From positions 57,660,001-57,724,000 of the forward strand of contig OZ024743.1 in the NCBI GenBank assembly GCA_964016885.1: 64,000 bases of DNA, given 5' to 3'. The position numbers and the translations under genes were made by a program. This DNA comes from Eledone cirrhosa (Eukaryota). Within the stretch, counting starts at the first letter, position 1. Each line of letters opens with the position of its first letter. The notes below the pieces were generated by a model that did not search any database, had not been told where the DNA came from, and saw nothing but the letters and a program-made list of their open reading frames with translations. Shown here one piece after another: positions 27,476 to 40,114 of the stretch.

Positions 27476-28470
27476 GATTGACCTATTTACCCGGACCCTC
27501 TGGGAATGATGGTAAAATCCGATTTACGGTTTCTGCGACACCTAAATCAATAATACTGTCTGCTTATAAAAGTTATATATATATATATATATATGGTGGC
27601 TGCCAACTCGTTTTCGAGTACGGCCACTACTTTATATCCATATAGGAAAACCCCTACCGATGCGCTGAACAAATGTGACTTTTTAGTCCAGCCAGCGACT
27701 TGAAAACTCTGGTACAAAGACTACACTTGTGACCATTATTGACACATAGTGCAGGGCCCATGGTACCATGTGATGACAAGTGCAGAGAGATCTCCAGATA
27801 TAAAGCAATGCCTGTGCTGTGAAGCTTTTATAGTGAGCAAAGGCACTGCACAAAGCCAGTCCCACTCTCTTAACCAAGATGATATTTACCAAAAGGAAGA
27901 ACAAGTCAACATCATTGGATACCATCAGGGTTGCAGGTGTTATATCAGAGTTTTCCTTCTCCTAGAATTCTGCCTTGACAAAGGCTAAGGGGTCATCTCT
28001 CCCGGTGATTTTGGATGGCTATTGACTCTTAAGAGCTCCCTTGCCCTTTGACAGGTTTTGTTTTTAGTCCTGCAGGATGTCCAAAGTCACCCTCCTCACC
28101 AAGAAACCTTGGTGGGGTTGCCAGTTTAGTCGCCAACGACCCGACCATGAGACAGGTTGTACTGGGATACATGTTACCAGTAGCACCATATATGTACATT
28201 TGTGAGTGTATATACATACATATACACATACCCTAACTATATTTCCTTATATTTTTTTATATATTTTTTATATATTCTTTTATATATTTTTTTAATATCT
28301 CTCGCATTACTTTTATTTATATATTTTTCGCATTTTTTTAGGAGACTTTCCAAATATTTCACTATGTTTTAAATTGCCTTGTGCGACGAACGAATGAGGA
28401 CGTTTTTCGTATTCGTCTTATTCGGGAAACCTCTGGTAATGTGGTAATTATATTGTATTGTTTATCATAC

Positions 28471-28519
<49 letters not shown>

Positions 28520-28638
28520 CTTACTTTAGTTATTGTTTCGTCGTAGGCTGAGGTATCTTGTCTCTAACGCTTTAACGCTAAGAAATGCCTATGACGCCTG
28601 ATGATGGATAATCCTAACTTCTAATTTTAATTTTTCAT

Positions 28639-28679
<41 letters not shown>

Positions 28680-29175
28680 CGCACACTCGCACACATTCAC
28701 TTGCACTCACACAAATACATACGTAAATACATGTGACAACAGTTTACCAGAATATTGAATAACATCGTATCAAACTAGATAACTATTGAAATCATATATT
28801 GTATTTTGTTTATAGTTAACATATGATTTCATAGATATTTTTCCAATACAATCACTCACCAATATTTAGATTTTAAACAAGTTAATCACTGCAAATACAT
28901 ATATTTGATTTGTTTATAAGAATTGGAGTTATTTACAAAAACTATATATATATATTCTCGTAAGGTAATACATTACCCTGTTTAACGTTATGACATGTTT
29001 GTTATTTGTCTGTGGCGGTATTATTAGAAAATTAGAACATTCGAACGTTAACACGTCAAATAAAAAAGGCTTTTGTTGGCTGTATCGTTAGAGCGTCAGA
29101 CATCATGCTTTACAGGACATTAAAAATTAGCTCTACACGATGGAGCCGACAAATATATATATACACACACACACA

Positions 29176-29336
<161 letters not shown>

Positions 29337-29549
29337 GTATATAAATATAAATTTAGTGAGAATCGCATTTCGGCGGGTAGAAATTAGCGAAACGCAACTT
29401 CCGTATTGTGTAGACAAGCGCTCCATGGATATGAAGATACCAGAGCTATAAACATAAGTTGAAAAGGTCATACAAACTGAGACGATGGTTAAGAACATTA
29501 ACCACCACAGCCAAAAGAAGCGAACAAGCTGAACGGGTCAAACAAAATA

Positions 29550-29679
<130 letters not shown>

Positions 29680-29796
29680 GTATATACGAGGGTCGGCTGA
29701 AAATTTCGTCTGAAAAGGTCGGCTGAAAAATATATATTTGTCGGCTCCATTATGTAGAGCTAATTTTTAATTAGTGTTCATCTCTCTTGTTTATTC

Positions 29797-29895
<99 letters not shown>

Positions 29896-29933
29896 AATAT
29901 ATCCATATATATATATAATGAATATATATATAT

Positions 29934-32390
29934 ATGGATTCTTCCCACCCCACCTACACTAAACACTCCATTCCCTACTCCCAACTCCTCAGGATCCGCC
30001 GCCTCTGTAGCCGTGATGCTGACTTTGAGTCCCAGGGCCTTTCCCTAGTCAGCCATTTCATCCGCAGAGGTTCCCCCCCCTCCCTCGTCCACACCGCTCT
30101 CACCCGCGCCTGTGCTGTCCCCCGCTCCACCACCCTCACCCCACGCCACCGCACACCCACCGACCGTCTCCCCTTCCCCATCACCTACTACCCTCCACCT
30201 TACCCCTCCACCGCACCATCCGCCGCCTCGTCCGACGCCTCCAGTCCGACCCCTCCACCTCCCACATCTTCCCAACCCCACCACTCCCCTCCTTCAAACG
30301 CGCACGCAATCTCCGCACCCACCTCGTCCACAGCTCCCTACCCCCCAACCCACGCTCTGTTCCCCCCCCCGGTTCCTTTCCCTGTTCTAGGCCCCGCTGC
30401 AACACCTGTCCCCACATCACCAACACCATCACCTTCCAGGGTCCCAACGGCCACTCTCTATCGGTCCTGCATGCCTTCCACTGCACCTCCTCCAACCTAG
30501 TCTACGGACTTATGTCGGACAGACAGGACGTCGCCTGGCGGACCGAGTCACGGAGCACCTCCGGGATATTTGTCTCGGGGGCAGTTCCCCCATCGCCCGC
30601 CACTTTGGTGGCCCTGGACATTCCGCACGCCATCTCACAGTCTGTGGCCTACTCCAGTGCCACGGAACACCCGCCAATCGCCTTACGGTCGAACAACGAA
30701 CTATCTTAATCTTACAGACCCACACTCCCCCCGGCTTGAACTCCCCACCCTTATTCCTTTAGCGTTCGACCGCCCCCTCCCCCCACACTTATCCCCCACT
30801 AACACCACTAACACACCCCTCCTTTTCACCGCCCACCCCACAACTAACAATACTAACACCTCCACTCCACCCCTCATCTGACCACCCTTCGCCAACTAAC
30901 ATACTAACATCCCTTCCCTCCCCTCTTCTCCTCCTCCCCCTCCTTATCACACGCACACACCCACCGGCACATATATACACGCGCTCACACTAAACACACA
31001 CCCTACTACCACCACTAACCCTCACCCCCACATCTCTCACCCCCACACCTCCATCCCACCACCCCGCAACTAACCTCACTAACACCCCCTAACCCCAAGC
31101 ACACGAACACACGCACCCACTTACACCACCCACCCCACACGCAACTAACATCACTAACACCCCCCAACCCCACGCACACGTACCCACACACCCTCGTACA
31201 CCACCAACTCTACACACCCTACCACCACTAACCCCCACTCACACTTGCATTCAACCCCTCCCCACCTCCCGTATACTAACACCCACTAACACCTCTTCAT
31301 CAAACTACACACACACCAGTACACCACACTCCCTCCATAGAACCACACACACCCTTCTCTCCCCGCTCCACCCACACCCTCGCTCCACACTCACTCATCC
31401 CACTAACACCCCTACTAATACACACACACACACCCTCCTCACTCCAACTTTCACACCTACCCCTCCTCGCCCTTTACCATTCCACCGACTGCTGCTATGC
31501 CCTCTGACCACCTTCCAGCACAAACAGACCACAGCACTCCCACTGCTGACCACTTCCTGTTGCGCGCGCACCCCACATCTCTCCTCTTCCGACCATCGCT
31601 TCATGGAATACGCACACGCAGAAATTGACCAACAACCAATCCACTAAACAACTTCGGAATTTACCAACTTTTCAACCATCCTCTTACGTAATCTCCTATA
31701 TAACTCACCCACACACACACCCCCCAAACATTTTTTTCTCCACACGCCACCCACACACATAACACGCTTAAACCCCACACACACGTGCTTTCCACCACAT
31801 ATTTACCCCCTCAGCCTCCTGATTCCTCTCCCCCCACCCCTCTATCCACACACGCACAGACACTCCGACCCACAAACCCCCCCACACACACCTCTTCCTG
31901 AACATGCAACCCCGTTCTTCCCCCAACCCTTACTTTCACATACACACACACACACACACACGTACACCTACACACACACACCACCTTCAGCCCTCCCCGC
32001 TCGGATACCCCGTCTCCCTCTCCCCACTCCACCCGCCACCACCCCTACACACCCCACACCCTTCAACCACCTGTTTTCCCCCCTTTTAATTTCAGTTTAT
32101 TTTGATCATGCCTTTATTTTTAAATTTATCTCATTCCTTGCATTTTGATCATGCTTATTTTTATTTTTATCTTTATTTTTTATTTTTTCATTCGTTTCCT
32201 TTCGCTATATGTCTCTCCACCACTCCCCTACACACCCTTTGAACTCTGTTCCCACACACTTCTCACCTGAGGAAGGGCTTATGCCCGAAACGTCGTCCCC
32301 CACCAACACCCCACTCTCCAGAGCGTGAAATTAATAAACATTCGTTGTACTGCCTCTCTGTTTTGTCCCTGTTCAAATTTTTCCATTATA
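29934..32390 (+). mobile_element. 5'-truncated Penelope-like element (RT thumb plus GIY-YIG remnant, long AC-rich 3' region, HHR)
   Basis: [21 protein letters not shown]; CxxPRCNTC; CTSSNLVY..YVGQTGRRLADRVTEH; HHR at 32264-32297; AATAAA at 32333; (TA)n at both ends. Confidence 0.88.
32264..32297 (+). ncRNA. Minimal hammerhead ribozyme motif in PLE 3' end
   Basis: cac-CTGAGGA-agggc-ttat-gccc-GAAA-cg-TC-gt; palindromic ACGT stem III. Confidence 0.75.
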
Positions 32391-32416
32391 TATATATATA
32401 TACATGTAAATATATA

Positions 32417-32512
<96 letters not shown>

Positions 32513-32579
32513 AGTGTATTCGTAATCCACGCAGCTCCTCCACACACAGTCATGTCACCAAGCTTAATGTAATTAGAAG

Positions 32580-32790
32580 GCACATAAGTTAGTGGATTGG
32601 GTGTTCAGCCCGCGATCTTGAAGTCGTGAGATCGATTTCTGATGGCGCCTTGTTCCTGTTCACTGAACTGGCAAAAATGAGTTGTACTTGTAATTCAAAA
32701 GACCAGCCATGTCACACCCAGTGTTATTGAATCTCCCTGCGAATTATCTTAACGATACTCGTCTCTGTGGAATGCTCAACCCCTTAGCAT
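32580..32790 (+). mobile_element. Decayed tRNA-derived SINE
   Basis: ttagtggattgggtgttcagc...gagatcgatttc tRNA-like head. Confidence 0.45.
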
Positions 32791-34192
32791 TTACATTACT
32801 TTATATTTACTATTATATTTTCATGGTAAAGGCTTCATCTCACATTCTTTTCTCACATAATATCAAAGCTATGAGATTCTGATGTTATTTATTTTGAGAG
32901 AAACACCTTAACATCATATGAGTGGTCAGTTATGGCCGGTTTGAACAGAAAGAGGTGAGAGAATCCGGCCAGATACGGTCGTTTCAAATACTAAAGTGTT
33001 AGTGAAATAGGAAATATCGATCATGTTAGTGTCACAATGCTTAATATAAAAACAGTTGCTTCGTTAAATCATTAGGAATTATAAGCCACCAGTTTTGTTA
33101 GTGCGATATCTGCAATACCAGAATTTTTTGGCTTTGATTTTTCGAACATATTATGTTTCGCCGCCTTCTCTCCTAATTAATCCATATAAATAATAAAACA
33201 GAAACGGAATGTATAGGATGAAAGCTATATAAGACATACGATGAGTGAAAGAAGAAAGAAATTAGTTTTTTTTAGGCGTTCATTGTTTTGCACGTCTTTA
33301 CTAATTTTAATTGTGTTAATAAATCAACTTTTCTACTTATTTTCCCATGTTTTTCATTAAAGTAGTTTATACGATGCAAATTTAATGATTCTGCAGCTCT
33401 ATTACACAGATAAACCATTTATTTCTAAACAATTTAAATTTTATTTTTATTTTTTTAATTTCTCCGAAGTATTTAATAAATGTATTTTTTATTTCTATTT
33501 GTGTTACTCTTTAAAACAGACTTTGTTACCCGGGGAAAAAATGTATCTATTCAATACTTGATTTTAGCAAATTTAATTAAAATTCTCCCACATTTTGGTC
33601 ATTATATTATATAAAATTTGCACAGCTATTGCAATACATACATCTACTGATGTATATTTTAAATTCATCATTGGATTTAGAATTTTTTGGGGGGTAATTT
33701 AATATTGAACTATTAAATCTTTTTTAGTGTTTTAAGGGAAATTGTTTTATTGTTCAGGTATTGTTCAAAGCCACTATGAATGGACGTGGTTCCTTCCTCG
33801 AGTCCAATACTCTGGTCATGAGTTTGAGGTGGAAAACCGGAAACCTCTCTTATAAATCTTATAAATCTCGGACGATCTTTGTTACAAGCCAAAACTAGTA
33901 AACACTTTACAGCCCCCAAATATTCACGAGCTTACGACCTCTCTTAGTAGTAACAGTTAGTGACCAAACTATGACCCAAAATTTGTGGCTATAGCACAGC
34001 CCAAAACTTGTGACTATATTACACTCAATCACACAACACATTCTTTTGTTTATTACAAATTCAAGTGAGACGAAGATTGAAATCAGTCTATGTATTCGAT
34101 GCAATAATTATCGATTGATAAAAAAAAATCAGTGAATTTGGTAAATAAGTAATATCATGACACACACACACACACACACACACTTATACACA

Positions 34193-34250
<58 letters not shown>

Positions 34251-34387
34251 GCGACTCAGTCTGTGTTTAAGTTTATTGTTTATCGAGCCTACTTGTCAAA
34301 CCGTTTACTGTTTACTCACGTCCCGTAAATTACCGGTTTCACATAAAAAAGTGCCACACTTGAAGAAAAGAATTAGTAGTGGGGTCG

Positions 34388-34467
<80 letters not shown>

Positions 34468-34620
34468 ATAAATGCTCTGAAATAGCGATATATATGTGAA
34501 TATAGACATAGAATATTCGAAAATATTCTGTATGTTTATAATAAACATTTTGAAGACCTAATCGCTATAGAATAGAATACGTCACGTATTACAATTAGAT
34601 TCTCGATAAAAGCAAGGGAA

Positions 34621-34663
34621 GTAATCTACGCGTTTCATTCTCGTTAGAAATCATCAGGACTAC
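34621..34663 (-). ncRNA. Type-I hammerhead ribozyme, copy 1
   Basis: Minus strand gtagtc-CTGATGA-tttct-aacg-agaat-GAAA-cgcg-TA-gattac; stem I gtagtc/gattac; ACGCGT palindrome. Confidence 0.85.
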
Positions 34664-34930
34664 ATATCCAGTGCTTTTATCGAGAATGACACAGCTAGAG
34701 ACTTATAGAATACTTAGCTGTGTACAGGAACTGGTTTGAAAGAGCGGTTGCCGGTCCGGCAGAAATTAGAAATTGGAATAAATGCTCTGAAATAGCGATA
34801 TATATGTGAATATAGACATAGAATATTCGAAAATATTCTGTATGTTTATAATAAACATTTTGAAGACCTAATCGCTATAGAATAGAATACGTCACGTATT
34901 ACAATTAGATTCTCGATAAAAGCAAGGGAA

Positions 34931-34973
34931 GTAATCTACGCGTTTCATTCTCGTTAGAAATCATCAGGACTAC
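34931..34973 (-). ncRNA. Type-I hammerhead ribozyme, copy 2
   Basis: Identical to copy 1, 310 bp away. Confidence 0.85.
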
Positions 34974-35209
34974 ATATCCAGTGCTTTTATCGAGAATGAC
35001 ACAGCTAGAGACTTATAGAATACTTAGCCGTGTACAGGAACTGGTTTGAAAGAGCGGTTGCCGGTCCGGCAGAAATTAGAAATTGGAATAAATGCTCTGA
35101 AATAGCGATATATATGTGAATATAGACATAGAATATTCGAAAATATTCTGTATATTTATAATAAACATTTTGAAGACCTAATCGCTATAGAATAGAATAC
35201 GTCACGTAT

Positions 35210-35252
35210 GTAGTCCTGATGATTTCTAACGAGAATGAAACGCGTAGATTAC
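35210..35252 (+). ncRNA. Type-I hammerhead ribozyme, inverted copy
   Basis: gtagtcCTGATGAtttctaacgagaatGAAAcgcgTAgattac read directly on the + strand. Confidence 0.85.
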
Positions 35253-35374
35253 TTCCCTTGCTTTTATCGAGAATCTAATTGTAATACGTGACGTATTCTA
35301 TTCTATAGCGATTAGGTCTTCAAAATGTTTATTATAAACATACAGAATATTTTCGAATATTCTATGTCTATATT

Positions 35375-35409
<35 letters not shown>

Positions 35410-35415
<6 letters not shown>

Positions 35416-35659
35416 TAAAATAACAGATTAAAGTTTAAGCAAAGAATCGCTGCTTTCATCCTTAACGGGATCTTCTGAAACTAACAAAGTCAATCTGTTA
35501 ACGCAGAAGTGGATATTTCAAAAAACGTTGCAACCGGACGAATACAGGAAGACGATACATATCCACTTCTGCGTCTACAGATTGACTTTGTTAGTTTCAG
35601 AAGATCCCGTTAAGGATGAAAGCAGCGATTCTTTGCTTAAACTTTAATCTGTTATTTTA

Positions 35660-35665
<6 letters not shown>
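35410..35665. repeat. (TA)n-flanked fold-back element, ~105-bp arms; shorter relative at 54858-54973
   Basis: tttattaaaataacagattaaagtttaagcaaagaatcgctgctttca... and its reverse complement. Confidence 0.9.
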
Positions 35666-35752
<87 letters not shown>

Positions 35753-35879
35753 GTTTCTACTTTAGGCACAAGGCCAGCAATTACCAGTGCATTACTGGTA
35801 CTTTGTTTTATCGATGAAAGGCAAAGTCAACCTTATAAAGCTGAGTGTCGTGTGTATTATGTATGTATGTATGTATGTA

Positions 35880-36282
35880 TCCTACACACCTCTCTATAGT
35901 TTGTTAGCTTTACTCTCTCCGTCGCTCTTCCCTCTCTCTATAATAGTTCCCCCTCTCTATAATTTAATTGCTTTACTCTCTCAGTCGCTCTTCACTCTCA
36001 AATATTATAAAGTTGAGCGTTGTTTCTCCGTCGCTCTTCCCTCTCTCTCTCTATAAAAGTTCCCCCTCTCTATAATTTAACTGTTTTACTCTCTCTGTCG
36101 CTCTTCACTCCCAAATATTATAAAGTTGATCGTCGTCTCTCTCTCTCTCTCTCCCTCCCTCTCTCTCTCTCTCTATAATTTAACTGCTTTACTGTCTGTC
36201 TCTCTTCACTCTCTATATGACAACACTCTTTTATTTTCTGTTTTAATTGTATCTCTATCTGTCTAACGGCCTATCTCTCTCT
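35880..36282. repeat. Degenerate CT-rich tandem repeat (~115-bp period)
   Basis: ctctctataatttaa..tttactctctc.gtcgctcttcactc recurs. Confidence 0.7.
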
Positions 36283-36481
36283 NNNNNNNNNNNNNNNNNN
36301 NNNNNNNNNNNNNNNNNNNNNNNNNNNNNNNNNNNNNNNNNNNNNNNNNNNNNNNNNNNNNNNNNNNNNNNNNNNNNNNNNNNNNNNNNNNNNNNNNNNN
36401 NNNNNNNNNNNNNNNNNNNNNNNNNNNNNNNNNNNNNNNNNNNNNNNNNNNNNNNNNNNNNNNNNNNNNNNNNNNNNNNNN
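36283..36481. other. Assembly gap (N run)
   Basis: 199 consecutive n. Confidence 1.
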
Positions 36482-36482
36482 N

Positions 36483-36615
36483 TATATATAACGGAGGAGT
36501 TGTGGTAAGGAACCAGATGGACCATAACGCACCATTAATAACGGGTATTTCTGGACTAAAGTCCAGAAATAGCCCTCGAAACGGGTTGAGCTCTGCCGTC
36601 GGGGTCATACTCTCT

Positions 36616-36620
<5 letters not shown>
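36483..36620. mobile_element. PLE pseudo-LTR remnant (family C), rearranged
   Basis: Inverted 3' end followed by ggtatttctggact-aa-agtccagaaatagccctc-GAAA-cggg...gctctgccgtcggggtc (long stem II plus 3' half of an HHR). Confidence 0.65.
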
Positions 36621-36678
<58 letters not shown>

Positions 36679-36682
<4 letters not shown>

Positions 36683-36982
36683 GGAGTTCTGTTCAAGAAC
36701 AATTTTCCCCGAACATAAAACATCTCGGTTTATGAACGGTGTCTTCAGTAAGGAACACGCAGGCTGGCAAAAACAGATGGCAAAAAGCTTGGAGTATCAG
36801 CGAGAAAAATCACTTGCAGTGTAGTTAGTTACTATGGCGTTATCTATCTGTCTTTTTCACGCAGTCTCTCTCACTCTATTTCTCTAAACATTTCGTGTGA
36901 TGAAAATAGTTTCAGTTTACGAACATTTCGGATGACTAACGGCATCAGGAACGAATTAACTCTGTGAACCGAGGTTCCACTC
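36679..36982. mobile_element. Tigger/pogo-like non-autonomous DNA transposon remnant
   Basis: Right end aaccgaggttccact is the reverse complement of an AGTGGAACCTCGGTT-type terminus; internal gtttacgaac subterminal motifs. Confidence 0.45.
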
Positions 36983-36984
36983 CA

Positions 36985-37612
36985 TTACTACGGCGGGTAA
37001 AATTCCCGAGATCCATGGACGAGTTCTCTCCAGCGGTCTCTGTCCTTCATCATTGCCTCCATGTTCTGCGTCTAGCAGAGACCAGTGTTTGTCCTTAGAG
37101 CATGAGATATGTCAACCTTGGTCTCCCCCTTCTAGTGAGTCTGTGTAGAGGCTCCCACAGGACCACTGAGTGCAGTGTCAACTCTGAATATCGGTGAGCA
37201 TGTCCAGCTAAGCTCAGTCTCCTCTGTATTACTTTCGAGTTGACTTTTGGGAGACACCGTTAAGCTCTGAGGTTTGTCATGGCTTTCATTGATTCAGGAA
37301 GGCCTTTGATTCTGGGGACCGGGACTGCCTGATGAAGATCTTACAGGCTTATGGGATCCCCAAGAAAATAGTACACCTGATATCACTGTTGTACACGAAC
37401 ACCAGAGCCCAAGTCATTACACCTGACGGGATGACAGAGTTCTTTGAGATACTGGTTGGAGTGCTTCAGAGAGATGCATTGGCTCCCTACCTTTTAATTA
37501 TCGCAGTGGACTATTTTATGCACCTTGCACAGGAGAAACACCAGGACTCAGGCTTTAGTGTAGCACTGGCTCAGAACGGGAGAGTTAAGGCTAAAAAAGA
37601 TATCAGATGATG
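36985..37612. mobile_element. RTE-clade LINE fragment with 5' inversion
   Basis: Minus 36985-37282 encodes LSLAGHAHRY..VVLWEP..RRGRPRLTY (3' end). Plus 37283-37612 encodes KILQAYGIP..GVLQRDALAPYLLII (RT). Confidence 0.7.
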
Positions 37613-37623
37613 TGCTAAATTTA

Positions 37624-37691
<68 letters not shown>

Positions 37692-37695
37692 TCTA

Positions 37696-37736
<41 letters not shown>

Positions 37737-37782
37737 TATATATATATAGAGAGAGAGAGATAAATTTAAAAATTGAATATAA

Positions 37783-37816
<34 letters not shown>

Positions 37817-38377
37817 TTATATTCAATTTTTAAATTTACCTTTTTGCGGAGCGGTTACGAGGCACAACATATCTAAGACTGCTACACTTGTGGTGACAAG
37901 GAATGGACGTGTATGAGTCCTTAAACAAATTTTTCCATTCTTGGGTGGCGTCCACCCGCTGTGGAATTAAATTCGGCGTCAAATTACGTAATGCCTGCTG
38001 ATGTTACTTAACCACTGGGACTAGTAATTCCTGATGGAACTATTGTTGACAGACTGGACCACACACATTGATGATCAGTTCGGATATATTTGATATACTA
38101 ATAACATTACCAGACGTAGACATTTATTTTACTGATTTACGTATGAGTGCACTCTGAGAAATGAGATTGTAATTATAATGTACAAACTTTATTATATCAT
38201 TGAGTAAGAGATGACTGAAGTTGTACCGATTTTCTTCGACCAGCTACGCAAACCAATATATATATAAATATAACGAAAAGTTAAACAAGGTTCATTGATT
38301 AATCAATGAATATAGTTTTAGAATATATTAGAAGCACTCAACAATAAAAGTTTTCTGGAGTTATTAATAATAATTGC

Positions 38378-38716
38378 AAATATTAATAAATACAGACATT
38401 GGCGTAATCAAAATATATTTTATCATATATATTTCGGAGGTACTGTGCTGTTTTTCAGTACGTCCTCATCAGATAAAATATATAAATTGATGTATGACAT
38501 ACCTCAACTGTGCTGATGGTTCAATTCCAGTCTTGGCAGTCAATTCCAGTCTCTGCCAAGACTGGAATTGAACCATCAGCACAGTTGAGGTATGTCATAC
38601 ATCAATTTATATATTTTATCTGATGAGGACGTACTGAAAAAGACATCACAGTACCTCCGAAACATATATAATAAAATATATTTTGATTACGCAAATGTCT
38701 ATATTTATTAATATTT
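38378..38716. repeat. Fold-back palindrome (~160-bp arms) carrying an HHR in each arm
   Basis: Arms are reverse complements around a ~13-bp spacer at about 38540-38552. Confidence 0.9.
38610..38680 (+). ncRNA. Hammerhead motif with 10-bp stem I; mirror copy at 38414-38482 on the minus strand
   Basis: tatattttat-CTGATGA-ggacgtactg...cagtacctcc-GAAA-catata-TA-ataaaatata. Confidence 0.7.
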
Positions 38717-38772
38717 TGAATTAATATATATATATATATATACATATATATATAAGTATATATATATATATA

Positions 38773-38813
<41 letters not shown>

Positions 38814-38892
38814 TGAGAGATTGTTATAATTTGGGAGGACCATGTTGCCAATAGAAACATATATATATATATATATATAATATATATATATT

Positions 38893-38940
<48 letters not shown>

Positions 38941-38994
38941 TATGTGTGTGTGTGTGTGTATATATATGTATATATATATGTATATATATATATG

Positions 38995-39025
<31 letters not shown>

Positions 39026-39167
39026 GTATTAGAAAGTGAGGTTTTTTTTTACAAAATGAAAAATAACCGAGGTGTCCTATACGAGTGAAAGTATAAAGAA
39101 AAAGAGATGAAATCGAAAATGCAACTGGAGTCTTATTTTTTTAAAAAATATATATATTTATTTGGTT

Positions 39168-39205
39168 CCTTTACCGGTTTCGCAGTTCTTCTGCTTTTCA
39201 AAAGG
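39168..39205 (-). ncRNA. Variant hammerhead with UUGAAAA core (U3-A8 covariation)
   Basis: Minus strand cctt-TTGAAAA-gcag-aagaa-ctgc-GAAA-ccgg-TA-aagg; ACCGGT palindromic stem III; followed by AAATAAA. Confidence 0.75.
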
Positions 39206-39259
39206 TGAGTTGAGATGAAGGGTCTGTGGTTTTTCTATATATATGTATATATATATATA

Positions 39260-39590
39260 TTGGTATAATTTGGGAGGGCCATGTTGCCAATAAAAACAAA
39301 CGTACTTTATTATAAAACCTCATTATGTTAGTTTTATAAGTGGATGGTTGTTTACTTGTTGATCGTCAAACCTCTTTTGTCACACTTTGTGTGGCCTCCT
39401 CATTGACTACCTTTGCTGTTATTTTGTGTCATTTCTTTGTTCTATCCTACACCAGGTGTTTTCGTGAATTCTGTACTTGGGCTGTTATTACACTAACCGA
39501 GTGAGAGTATATAATAAATTGAAGTAAAAACCAACTGGTGTTTATGTTCGTATTGGCTGCCTGCATGACACTCCCAAAGTATAACAATAT
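39260..39590. mobile_element. Two family-B PLE pseudo-LTR pieces in opposite orientation, giving MITE-like termini
   Basis: ttggtataatttgggagggccatg ... catgacactcccaaagtataacaa; degenerate HHR on the minus strand at about 39365-39405 (gtca-atgagga-..-aaaa-gaggtt-tgac). Confidence 0.65.
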
Positions 39591-39623
39591 CTGTTTCAAA
39601 ACACGTTTTCAGATATGAAAAAT

Positions 39624-39761
<138 letters not shown>

Positions 39762-39762
39762 G

Positions 39763-39827
<65 letters not shown>

Positions 39828-39875
39828 TATTTCCGTAGGAAATGTAAAGGAAAGAATAGTGCTATATGTATAGTA

Positions 39876-40114
39876 CAGAGTTATATGATTACACAATAAA
39901 CAAAACAATATAATTATTCCATTACCAGGGGTTTCAGGAAACTAGACGATCTTTACGGAAACATCCAGCTCGTTTATCAGATATATATCTATTTCATCTG
40001 ATGAACGAGCTGGGCGTTTCTGTAAGGATCATCTAGTTTCCTGAAACCTTTTGTAATGGAAAAATTATATTATGTTGTTTATTATGTAATTATATATATA
40101 TATACTGAACTCTG
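39876..40114. repeat. Diverged fold-back element with HHR (39992-40062, + strand)
   Basis: tttcat-CTGATGA-long stem II-GAAA-ccttttg-TA-atggaa. The tail ttatgttgtttatta matches the Naiad pseudo-LTR tail at about 45700. Confidence 0.7.

Larger units (their letters stand above)
34463..35385 (-). mobile_element. 310-bp tandem repeat array carrying hammerheads (non-LTR retrozyme-like), with a terminal inverted partial copy
   Basis: Units start at 34463, 34773 and 35083 and are nearly identical. 35207-35385 is the reverse complement of part of the unit. Flanked by (TA)n. Confidence 0.85.

Noticed and set aside
28030-28190. Possible HDV-like ribozyme in an RTE-like 5' region on the minus strand
   Set aside because: I could find only a simple hairpin and could not assemble the nested double pseudoknot by eye.
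28598-28620. CTGATGA-tggataatcc half hammerhead
   Set aside because: No GAAA or stem III follows, so it is at most a truncated remnant.
34463-35385. CRISPR-like array or plain satellite
   Set aside because: There are no unique spacers, the context is eukaryotic, and the units carry ribozyme cores.
39260-39590. MITE with ~25-bp TIRs
   Set aside because: The apparent TIR is the 3' terminus of the family-B PLE at 51098-51121, and the interior carries its HHR region.
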